From assembly GCA_051362555.1 (NCBI GenBank), contig CM120647.1, forward strand, positions 1 to 64,000: a stretch of 64,000 bases of DNA, given 5' to 3'. Source of the stretch: Lingula anatina. Lineage: Eukaryota > Animalia > Brachiopoda. The notes below the pieces were generated by a model that was not told the DNA's origin, ran no database searches, and was given only the letters and a program-made list of their open reading frames with translations. Position numbers and translations under genes: made by a program. Each line of letters opens with the position of its first letter. The stretch's first letter is position 1. Shown one piece after another: positions 52,846 to 64,000 of this stretch.

Positions 52846-53239
52846 TCCCCTACCACAAAATGTACATTGCTACATAGATTTAATTAAACCATAACGTAAC
52901 GACTAGGCAACAAATCATCCCGTAAATTTCGGACATGAGTAGAAAAACTTTGACCTTCTTAATGTGACCATGGAAACCCTGATTATTTATATTTACTGCT
53001 CCAAAAAGAAAGGGTGCATTTTACCAAGCAGTTGACCTAGGAAGGAGGTGGGTTATTCCATGAGAACAAATCAGAGGGTTTAGCGGGGTAACACTGCGCT
53101 TGAAACCCTTTAAGACCCTTTAACACTGGACGGCATCCACTCTCTGTCCCGAGGTACAGCCCCGTTTGAGAGTTAAAAATATAATACTTTGCGTGCCAAA
53201 AGCTGGTCATTTATTAATTCATTCTGTAACCAAAGCGAT

Positions 53240-54890
53240 GCTGGTGCCTCCTTTTTACGACCACAGCGATGCCAGTTTCATGGTCGCACAAAGGACGTAG
53301 TCCAATGTTAATATAAGGGTTTTTTAGCAACAACAAAACCAGGCAGTCGCTTTGATTTGTTTGCGAGCTGAATAAGAAAGCTCTGGCATATTTTGATCGG
53401 CAACCAGTCGCACACCGGTTGCAGCAAGGTTGCAGCAAAGTATCTGCAACATCTTAAGGCTGGGTCACACTGCGCTTGGAACCTTTTGGCAACCTTCTTG
53501 CAAGCACAAAGTCTGGCGGTCGCTTGCGATCACTTTGGAAGCTAATTGAGAAGCTATGGCCAATTTTGATCGGCAAGCAGTCGCAAACCGGTTGCAACAA
53601 GGTTGCAGTATGGTATCTGCAACTTCTTATAGACCATCTTCAAGTTGTGACAGATACAATACGAGTCGCCGAGCTGTACGTGAAATATTACGAGTGTATT
53701 GGCGAGCCGCAGGCGAGACAATACACGAGTAATTTTCACGTACAGCTCGGCGACGAGTGTTGTATCTGGCTTAAACCACGGCCTCTGATTGGCTACTACA
53801 CTAGTAGTTCAACAGACCGTGGAACGCACTCGTACATGACGTGCTTGTATGTCGAATACAGCACGACCGAGTCTTTTGTTCTACACTCTAGCCGTGGTTT
53901 AAATATAGGTTACCAGTCGCACACATTTTGCCGAGCGATAAACTACCTGTCTGCAGCCACTTGGTGATTGAAAACCGGTTGCAGGACTGTAGCAATCGCT
54001 TGTCCACTGGTAGCAGCAAGGTCACACAGAATATATATGTTGCCAACTTGTGACAGTAGCTGCTTTCTCATACGTTCCCCTCTCAAAATACAAAAGAAGT
54101 TCTAGTAAAACGGCTCCTTTCAAAAAGACGGGACTGCTATAATCATCGGCTTTGTTTACCTAAAAACTCGGAAATACTGGGTGAGACCGTGGATTGCAAG
54201 ACGCCCCTTGTAAGACGATTACAAACATTTGATGAAAGAACTTGGACTTGAAATTCAGAAAGTTTTCATGTCCTTCCTAAAAATAGAACCAGCGATGTTT
54301 TGAGAACTTTTGAAAAGATTATACCCTCACCTTACGAAACCAATGCTGTAATAAAAACATAAATTTGCATACGTTTTAATCCTTATTGATGTTATAATAC
54401 TTATTAATATTTTCTTGTTCAAATACTTGGTGTCTTTGAGGTCGCAAGGCCTGTGCGGTTACGGTCACACTGAACAAAAAACCTTTTTGCGACTTGCAAC
54501 TGTCACCGGTTGCATAAAGGTCGGCGACCGGTTGCAACAACTCGCAAAGTGGTTTCCAAATGACCGCTGGGTTGATATCCGGTTGCGTCGGTTTTCAGTT
54601 CAGCAACGATAACTTCCTGGCGACCGAAAAACCTACATTTAGTAATTATCGTTGGGGTTAGCCTGACCAAAGCTGGTCAAAAGCTAGGGCGAAGCTTTCA
54701 AGTACAAATGAATGGGAAGCAGACTCGCTGTCGCGTTAACGGTTTTTGGTGCAGCGACGATAATCTCTGGGCGACCCAAAAACCTATTTTTGGTATCCAG
54801 TTGCAACCGGTTGTTTATAGGTCGACTATTGGTTTACAACTGATGTGCAACTGAACGTGCACTTTTCCCCTTGTCTCTTTAGCCCCAGGC
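53240..54890 (+). mobile_element. Decayed Harbinger derivative with GCAACCGGTTGC-type subterminal repeats and a transposase N-terminal relic
   Basis: 54168-54340 reads RKYWVRPWIARRP...YKHLMKEL...FLKIEPAMF*ELL, matching the Harbinger transposase N-terminus. Boundaries are approximate. Confidence 0.6.
53653..53905. mobile_element. Palindromic MITE-like insert made of two hairpins
   Basis: GATACAATAC..GTCGCCGAGCTGTACGTGAAA pairs with TTTCACGTACAGCTCGGCGAC..GTGTTGTATC (53653-53766). TTAAACCACGGC pairs with GCCGTGGTTTAA. Confidence 0.6.
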
Positions 54891-57059
54891 TGTTACCACT
54901 TATTCCACAGCGTTATTAAATCGTGACAGGTCGTGTGCATCGTGTACTTTTTAACGTTTGAGGTTTCGTAATTCTACAATACGTTGCATAACTTCGTCTT
55001 AGGTCTATCTTATGTGACAAGACATATTAAACTGTCAATAGAGTCGGTTATTAAAATATCGCCATAATGGCAAAACGAAAAAGGGAAAAACACGTATTCA
55101 AAGTGATGTATTTTGCTTGATGCTTAAAAGTTTTATATGACAACAATATTTTTTCATAAATTATGAACCCAATTGAGCATTATCAGGGCGAATTGAGGAG
55201 TGCTGTATACAGGACGGATCCACGCCCAGAATATCCATAACATTTGAGACAAGCTTGATCCAAGAGTGGAAAAGAATCCCCTAGCAAACATTGGTGGCAC
55301 TAGTGCTCCTTTATTGTGCACATAGTTGACGTTAGTAACAAAACCTATAAATGTTATTAGGTGTGACAACCATGTTGAGCAACAATGTAGTTACAATGAA
55401 TCTTAAAAAGACAGAAGCACTTGCATGAAATTTTCATTTGAAAATGTTCTAAAGTAAGAAATGTGTTCCTCAATTTTTTCTTATGAAATATGATTAGATT
55501 TCAAAAATTACAGTATGTTAATCGTTTATTTATTGTTTTGACACTTTTTATATCATTCTGCGTTCGAGCTTTTGGAGGCATTTAATGTCTCGACATACAT
55601 CTTTCACACTCTGCCCACACTGTTGGATGACATACGTAAGACACTGGCTCAGCAGCCCCTATTTATGTATGAAGAAGTGCCATGGCTGGAAGGAACTCAT
55701 ACATGTACCTATTATATAAGATAGGGTGACAAAATGCAAATATGTTTTCTTGTAAAAGTTTCATGATATTTAGGAACTTGACTGCAACATTTGAATAGAA
55801 TAGGGTCCTGAGTGTATCGTCAGAAGATATCTGCACAATCACCATCATTTTGACAGGATTGGTGTGATCACCGCCCGGAACAGTCTATGTTTAATCAGAA
55901 AGTATACTAGATAGAACTCTGGCATGAATACCAACCTACAACTGAGCCATGATACTGTACTGACATGAAAGCATGTTCAATGTTGTCGGAAGTGATGGAC
56001 GAGTTATGGTTTATAGAACAGCTGATAATAAGCATATTCCCAATTTTCTGGTCGAAGGTTGCACCCAACGCAAGTCTTGATATAGGGGCGTATTGACTAC
56101 TGTGGTGGAGGCGAGCTGGTATTGGCAACTTTAACGCAGAGCAATGCATCCACGTACTGGAAAGAATTAAAAGGGAATTCTGTCGAAAATAAGTATTGGG
56201 ACCATGACCACCCATTTATGTTTTAGCATGATAATTCATTCCACGTATAGCCAATGCAACATTAGCCTGGTTATGTACAAAACAGATTCAGACACCCTTC
56301 AAATGACCTAGATCCCTAGATCACAGCCTCTTTGAGAATGTGTGAGATGTTAACGAAAATGGAAAAAATAAGGGATAACCCTGCAAATGAAAATTATCCC
56401 ATACTAACTTCACTGTGGAACGTCATCACTCTGCAGACATTAAAAAAATTGGATTCCTCACTCAGACGTAACAATAGCTTCGCCCAATACAGTTAAAACT
56501 AAATTGTGACTTAGATTTTTTACTTTGATTAGTTTATTTTAGTTTATTTTAATAAAACCAATTAAAATTGGTTTCTATTCAGTAAAATTTGTGAAAAAAT
56601 TACTTTAAAAGTTGAGTAAACACATCGGTTTATGACATGATTTTCTGTACCACTTTACGCATTGCCTTTGGGTTTACTCTCTTTTGGTAGGTGAGTATAT
56701 ATATATATATACATATATATCATATTTTGAGATTTAAGTCAACTATCCCATACCTTGCCGTTTTATTCAAAACAGTCACACGTGTTTTTATTGAGGCAAA
56801 CACCTCCTTTGCCTTTTTTGACATGACAGTAGTGCCAGCAGTCCCTGTCCACGCATGGTCCTATACTTGGCTGCCCATGACTCGTGGCGTCGCGTCTTCC
56901 TACTTCAAAGAAAATACACAGTCAGATGTGGAAACTAGTGTGTGTGTGTGTGTTATCTTAAAAAAGAATAAAAATGAAATCCCAAACGATAAAGAAAGAG
57001 ATGCCATTGCTATTCCCCTTCAACAAAACGTGGTAGCCATTGTGACCACTGTTTAACAA

Positions 57060-60000
57060 AATTGTCATATATGCAAGATACATGGCGCAAAGCAATATTT
57101 TTTCAACTTGATACATACATTTTTCGTAGCCCAGAAGACCTTGGAAGCTTGGGGTCTTTTTTGTTTCAGGCACTTGTAAATATTTAGTTTTCCAGACATA
57201 ATAAGTAAATTAAAAATTTTGCTTTCCGTCGCACATTTTGTTCCAAACAAGATTTTACAGTCATGGAGATCCAAATTGACACTAGTTTTTTCGAGTATAT
57301 GGTATTGAAACTTATTCCAAAGAGGACGCACACTATTATATTGGGTAAACACATGAAGGAGATCTTCACGGTCTCTTTCACAAAAGCCACATATGTCATT
57401 ATCCTGAATGCCAATCTTTTTCAGAAAAGCACCCAAAGGGAGTATCCTATGTATTATTCTAAACTGAAGCCATTGCAATGTTGTATCTCGAGAGGTTTCA
57501 AAACAAGTCTCTAGGATTTCTTCTGTTTTTAAGTGAGCGTCCCCGTTATGGAATAGTTTTTGATTCCATGTACAGACACCAGTGGGAATAATATTTTTCT
57601 TATTTAGGGCATTATATACATATCTGTTTCCCTTTTCATTTATCATAAGCCCCTTGAAATGAAATGCGTATTAAGGAGTAACTGTAATAGCCACAATTTC
57701 TTCATCAAATTGTCTTAGGAATAGAAAAGCCTTAACTGAACCTTTCATACTGTTGAACTGCATAGTTGGGACTCTCAAATTGAATTTTTGTTCAAACACA
57801 TTCTTATTCAATAAACTTCCCTGATTGTCCAACATATATCTCCAATAACTTTTATTCCCTTGTCTGTGCCAGGAAGGAATAAATCGTTGTTAATCTTAAT
57901 GTCAGAATTATACCAAAGAGTATTGTGTCCGGGTCAATTGCCCATTCCCTTAACATTTGGGTTTTCATAAAGTTAGCCCAAGCAATCAGAGTATCTTGCC
58001 AAAATTTGTTTTGGATACGTTCTGCTAACTTCCTGGCATAGTCATCACCAAAGTCGAGCAAGTTCTGGATTAACCTTTCCTAATATGGATTCTAATATAT
58101 TAGTCCAAAGCTGTTTCCTATTAATTAGTCTTTTCAACTAAGAGATTTTTAATGATGTAATAAAACATTTTATGTCAATCATTTTATGAGCACCAGCGTT
58201 GTGATTTTTAGAGGCTACGTCTGTTAAGCCTCTCTTCTGGTCCTCAAATCAAATCCAGTCCCTTGGTTCTAAACTGTTTATCAGACGCTCTGTTCTTGTT
58301 CTACACCTGTAAATGTCCATCATGACGTGTTCAAACGTGTCCCCCAAACGTGTCCTTGGCTGACTCTGTTATGTTCTCCAATTTTTCAGGTTTAAAACTT
58401 TAAGAGGCTACAAAAAACGTATGTAAACTAAATGTTAGAAAGAAATGTATTACAATTATTTAAGTTCGTATTGAATTTGCTATAATATATTCTCACATTT
58501 TTTAAAGAACACGAAAGCTTTGCTGCGTGACTACCTTAAGGATGCTTCATACTATTACATTATTTATATGGCGTGCTCTGCATCATGTGTTCAAGACATT
58601 ATAATTCGTGGGTGTTCGTGTGTGTGTGATGGGGGGGGGGGGGTCCTCACTCGCTGTCATGATGGTGCGTCTCAAACCTGTTAACTTCATGACCCTTTAA
58701 AACACCGCTACAGGTGTATACACTCTAACCCAAAAATATTATGCTCAATGTTAAAAAACTTAAAAAAAAGTGAAAATGTGAGCCACACATATTTAGTTTA
58801 ATATCGGCATAAATATATGACATGTTCCATTATTTTCTCTGGTTTATGTTATTGTACATGTACCCTCTAACAGGGAAAACAGCCAACAGTTATTAAAAGT
58901 GATATGAAACACTAATAAAAACGTTATGTAAAGCCTCGGTCACAACCGGCCGTACGGGCTCTTACGTGCTGTTTGCGTCCAAATTTTGCTCAGAATCTCA
59001 CGTCCCACGCAAGTCCTTCTTACGAAATTTCGAGTTCGCAGACAACCGTAGGCACGTACGGAGGATGTTGGACATGTTCAAAAGTTTCTACGAATAGCCT
59101 GAGAACAGCGAGGCCGCAAGCGTTATAGTTGCTCCCCTCGTACGGAGTTAGCAAGAGAGACGCGCGTTGTGCAAGACGCACGTCGCAAGCAATGAAGGAG
59201 CAAGTGACCTTTGCGTGTTGAGTAAGGCGCACGCTCTCACAACTAACGAACAAAGTCGAGAGCACACCGAGAATGCGTCGCACGTGCGTCACCCTCCCGC
59301 CTGGTGTATAAAAGGCGTGCTCACGACGCACGCTCGTGTCTTTACAATGAACGTCGACTGTGTAACGTGTACAACAATTTTCAAAATTTTCAAATAATTG
59401 CTCAATTTATTTTCTAATATACTTCCAAAAGGCAAGAGAAAAAAGCTTACAAAGTAGAAAAAGGGAGGAGGAAGAAGCAAGAAAAGGAGAGCAGGAAGCA
59501 AAACTGACGTACGACGTCAGAACGTCACCACAAACGTGTGAGGCAAGTGTGAAGCAAAACTGACGCAAAAGGGATGATGGTACACATATATAATTTACTA
59601 TATTTTTTGGAACCTATCCATATTACTTCAGTTTTTGAGGCATTGATGCGTAGTCAAGATACTTTTGCAAAATATTCAAGGGTTTCCAGGGAATTGAATA
59701 AAGATTCTTTCGATCCATCTAGTGTAAGTGAATTATTATCTGCATATTGTGAAATCTTTTTCTTGATTCGATTTATTATTATTCCTTTTATAAATGTACT
59801 GTGCTTTATAAGTATTGACAGGAACTCAGCACCCAATATACCTGTAAATAAATAAGGTGCTACTGGGTCACCTTGGCGACAACTCCTTTGGATAGAAAAC
59901 TGTTTCGACAGGAAATCACGTTGTAAAACGGATGCTGTAATATTAGTGTTCAGTATGTTTACCCATGTTATTAGATTTCTGCCAAAACTGAAGATGTTAA

Positions 60001-61905
60001 ATACTTTATGGATGAAGGACCAAGCTAAGATATCAAAGGCTACTTCGAAGTCAATCAACATTAGAAGGCCAGGGATCTGTCTATTCTCAGTATAGTGCAT
60101 CATATCATATATTGCTCGTATGTTATCACCCAAGTATCTACCGGGTATAAAGCCCGACTGGAATGGATGTATGAGAGAATTCAAAGTGTTTTATTCTGCC
60201 ATAGATGCATCCGGAAATAATCTTATAAAATACAGTCAGGAGTGTAATCGGCCTCCAATTTTTCATGTCTTTTCTAGATTTGTCTCCTTTTGGGAGACAA
60301 ACAATGATTTCGAGTCTTTGTGAGGTAGGCGACATTTTTTTTTTTTTTTTATAAAAATGTCATTTATAGCTCTTTTGATAAAGTACTTGATATCATTCCG
60401 AAAAGATTTGGCTGTAAAGCCATTACATCCTGGGGACTTGTTATTCTTCATTGATTTAATAACACTTAGGATTTCAGTTAATGTAAATTCTTGATCTAAT
60501 TCCTAAGCAGTAACATTGTCCAATTCATTAAAGGAATACGGTTTTAGTATATTACTGAGGTCTATTTCATCTATTTCATTTTCTTTGCTTGAATACAAGT
60601 TTTTATAGAAAAGTTTCACCTCATGAAGGATTTCTGACTGTTCATAAACTGTTCCTTTTCCATCTAAATCTAGCACCTGAATAGTTTTATTCAGAAAGTT
60701 TCTGGACTCTAAACCACAAAACTATTGCGTCGGTTTCTCCCCCTCGTCAACCCATTGTGCACGTGATCTTATCATGCTTCCCCATAGTTTCTCTTTCCTT
60801 AATGTTTCTAGTGATTGTATTTTTTCTTCCAAGATGCCATTATGTACCAGATTTCCTGCGTCATTATCGTCTTCAAGTTTTTGTATCTCATCAATAAGTT
60901 CCTTTTCCTTCTTATTCTTATCTTTTTTCTTAGCACTTGCATGTGATATAGTTAATCCCCTTATTTCTATTAGTAGTACTTCCAAAAATAAGCTATCAGA
61001 TATGGATAATATATGAATAATTGCAGGTCTTCTTCTGGAATACAGCCAATTATGGATACTTTATACAAGATATTGGCATTTTCTTTTTTTTTTATTCTTT
61101 TAATGGTTAGTTTTACTTTGTCAACAAACACTCTGTTGGTTAGTAGAGTACAATTAAATTTCCATTGACTGGGGCCCATAACGAAGTCATTAAATTTTAA
61201 TTCTAAGACCACTGACGAGTGATCTGATTTGTAACCCGCTTTAATTGAGATGTCCTTGACAAGATTTGAGAGGTCATCTGATATTAGTATATAATCAAGC
61301 CTACCATGTTTAAATGGGTTCTTTTTGTGCTATGTGTATGCTCTTTTGGAAGGATTTATAACTCTGTAGTAATCTACCAGATCCAATTCATCCATAGTTT
61401 CAATTATTTTTTCCAGCCCTTGGGTTATTATTCCTATTGTAATTAAAAGTATCTAAAATTGGATCCATTGCGATATTAAGATTTCCGCACACTATTATGT
61501 TTATATTTGCAAAATCAAGTATTTATTCCCTAAACTTATCAAAGAATTCTGGATAATCCTCATTCGGGCCATAAATGTTTAAAAGCGTGACTCGACAGCC
61601 ATTAATAGTTAATTCTACAGCGAGTAAGTTACCTTTATCATCTTGTGTTTTTTTATGCACAACTAACTCAAAATTGTTGTTAAAAAGAATTGCAACTCCT
61701 CTATGATTTGAGCGGTATGAATTAAAGATACAAGTATAGCCCCATTGTGCTTCAATGTAGAGGTAGGGCACTAGTTTTGTTGTAAAGTGTGCATCCAGAA
61801 GGCATATCACTGAATATTTACTCCCTTTATAATAGTTTAAAACGTCTCTCCTCTTCTCTGGATTACCTAATCCTTGACAATTTACTGTAGCGATTTTATC
61901 ATTTA
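57060..61905 (-). mobile_element. Tx1/L1-clade LINE, decayed ORF2 (EN-RT-zf), interrupted at ~58225-59650
   Basis: TVNCQGL, RGVAILF, NIYGPN, SDHS, WKFN, KSPG.NG, NWRPITLL, QGDP, YAD, LQFRIIHRIL, CGFC...LLHVF, with many stops and frameshifts. Confidence 0.88.
58931..59560. mobile_element. Harbinger-type MITE remnant (left end only)
   Basis: TAA|AGCCTCGGTCACAACCGGCCGTACGG followed by CG-rich subterminal repeats. No matching right TIR found. Confidence 0.45.
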
Positions 61906-62135
61906 GAGTTGGATAAACATTGGATTTGAAAGTTTACTCAACGTCAGATAACAACATTGTATCAACCCCAGTTGTTAGACAATATTCTTGCATGAAAAGA
62001 CATTAAAATAACCTGAAAAGTTTTTTATAATTATTATTTTTGGTACAAAACACAGGTACACAATTATAATGTACACTGTAAAAACATCCAAGTGCCTGCT
62101 TTGTCTGATTTTTTTTCAACACATTTAGCTCCTTA

Positions 62136-63579
62136 TACCCCCGTCACACTAGAGGCAGAATGAACAAGAATGCCGGCGGAAAGACAATTCTTTGTGCATT
62201 CCTGGATTGTCAAATATTGTTGTATGGTTGTGACCAATTGTGTTAAATTGTGTTAGAGGTGACTATGCAGTGGGCCCCTATAGTGGTAAAAAAGGAGTGA
62301 AGTGAGTAGTTTTTCCATGTTGGAGGGAGTGTGGACTCCATGCGGGGTGAAGTTGTGACATGTTTGTTCGTCACACCTGGTTTGAATGTAATGTAAAACC
62401 GTAAAATAATAATAAAAAATTGAACCAGCGCAAGTTTTTATTTACTTTTAACTTCAACACTGGATATTCAAAGAGCATTCTAAAAATTCTGAGTGCATTT
62501 CAAATAGTTCTACCCATTCTTGTGGTCGGCCTGAATGTTAAAAACTTTCGAAGCGCATTCCAAGTGGAAAATTATTGAATGGCATTTGAATAGTATTCTA
62601 ACAGCACTTTGACTGCATTCTTAATATTCTCACGGCATTCCGACAACATTCAAAACATTCTGATCACATTCGAGGGATATTCAAACTGGTACGAGACTTA
62701 AGTGCCATTATCGGGAGGGAATTTCAAATTGCAGTCAGAATATTCCGAATGAAATTCAAATGCCGTACGAGTGTGGTTTGACTGCTGGTCGAATACAGGC
62801 AGAAGTATGTAAGAAGGTGCCTAGAATGATATATGAAGCGAACTCAAATGCAGTCAACTTCTCCCGGTATGGCTGCCAATGATGGTTTGAAATATAAAGA
62901 ATTCAAACATAATGCAGCTGAAATACCTAAAATACTTAATCAAAATTACTTTCTAACATGTTCAGAATGTAACACGATGACCAGAGTGTATAAATCTAGC
63001 CACAGGAATTGTAACTGATCATAATGTATCGAATGTTGTCGAAATGCCGTGAGAATATTTAGAATGCAGTCATAGTGCAGTTAGAATACTGTTCAAATAC
63101 TATTCGATAAATTTCCCCTGGAATGCACTTCGAAAAGTTTTTGACATGACAAAAACATTCGAGTCGGCCTAAAGAATGGGTAAAAATATTTGGAATGCAC
63201 TCATAATTTTTAGAATGTTTTTAGATTGCTATTCGAATATCCTGGAATGCACAAAGAATTGTATTTCCGACGCCATTCTTAATCATTCCGCCTCTAGTGT
63301 GACGGGGATTTTATTCTCCGCCAGAATGTTTCGAATGTGCCTCGGATGAGCTGAAATATTAATTTTGCCAGCAATCGAACTACACTAGTGTGCTGTTCAA
63401 AGTATATTCTAAATATTATTACTGCCTTCTTACAGCATTATAAATATTCCTAGTTTTCCAACTACATTCGAACTGCTTTTGAGAGCTACACAGTCGAAAA
63501 TGTGGTTCGAATTTTAAAATCTCTTCGTTCGGGCTCATTCTTCTTCATTCCTGCTGATTCCGAAAAAGTGACGGGGGTA
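62136..63579. mobile_element. Harbinger-type MITE with TTA TSD
   Basis: TTA|TACCCCCGTCAC ... GTGACGGGGGTA|TTA. A longer internal TIR match ends near 63310. It has GAAT/ATTC-rich internal inverted repeats. Confidence 0.8.
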
Positions 63580-63691
63580 TTAGCATGTTTTGCACCTAAG
63601 CATGGTACACCCTTTTAGCCTGGATGTAGGACATGTTTGATGGCTAAATATATGTAGCGTATATATGTATGGACCTTAAGTTAAAATTTCC

Positions 63692-63695
<4 letters not shown>

Positions 63696-63766
<71 letters not shown>
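63696..63766. repeat. (TA)n microsatellite
   Basis: Direct observation. Confidence 0.95.
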
Positions 63767-63768
<2 letters not shown>

Positions 63769-64000
63769 CAAAGTCACCTCAACCTGTCTATCTATAACAG
63801 GGTACTCAGAACTGTCAACTTTATTAACTACACTCCATCACATTTACAGCAACTTATTCATCCTAGTGTTAGCTGACCTTGCAAGAAAGTTTATTGGAAT
63901 GTATTTCTGAATAACAAGTTAAGAAAATTCACTAGTTCACTAAAGACACAAAACAACTGTCACTTTTATTTTAAAACACTTTTTTATTATTTTGATAGAG

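Larger units (their letters stand above)
52843..56697 (+). mobile_element. Decayed Tc1/mariner element with nested insertions
   Basis: TIR-like ends TACTCCCCTACCACAAA and TACTCACCTACCAAAAG sit between TA runs. The relic F*HDN..PR.A..T..WL...PRSLDHSLFENV*D near 56220-56350 resembles the Tc1 QDN...SPDLNPIENVW motif. Confidence 0.55.

Noticed and set aside
53476-53967. 163-aa ORF
   Set aside because: It runs through palindromic MITE and subterminal repeats and shows no protein-like features.

Overview
This is the left end of a eukaryotic chromosome. A ~9.6 kb (CCCTAA)n telomeric array (TTAGGG type) is followed by ~54 kb of AT-rich subtelomere made almost entirely of nested transposable elements. 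I found no ordinary host gene. The repeat type and element families suggest a marine invertebrate such as a mollusc, but that is inference only. Main elements in order: (1) a LINE ORF1 fragment capped directly by telomere repeats; (2) a minimal hammerhead ribozyme at 12.5 kb; (3) a young full-length Gypsy LTR retrotransposon (625-bp LTRs, TACA target duplication, tRNA-His-like PBS, -1 frameshift signal with a predicted pseudoknot); (4) a two-gene PIF/Harbinger transposon with 193-bp TIRs, carrying two nested LINE 3' ends; (5) a near full-length RTEX-like LINE whose ORF1 has two tandem SGNH esterase domains, interrupted by a solo LTR and a Myb-only Harbinger derivative; (6) a Kolobok-like MITE; (7) an L2 LINE; (8) Tx1/L1-clade LINEs, one with an inverted RT block in twin-priming geometry; (9) a Penelope 3' remnant with a second hammerhead; (10) a decayed Tc1 element and several Harbinger MITEs. 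All family assignments come from motif recognition by eye. No database search was run.
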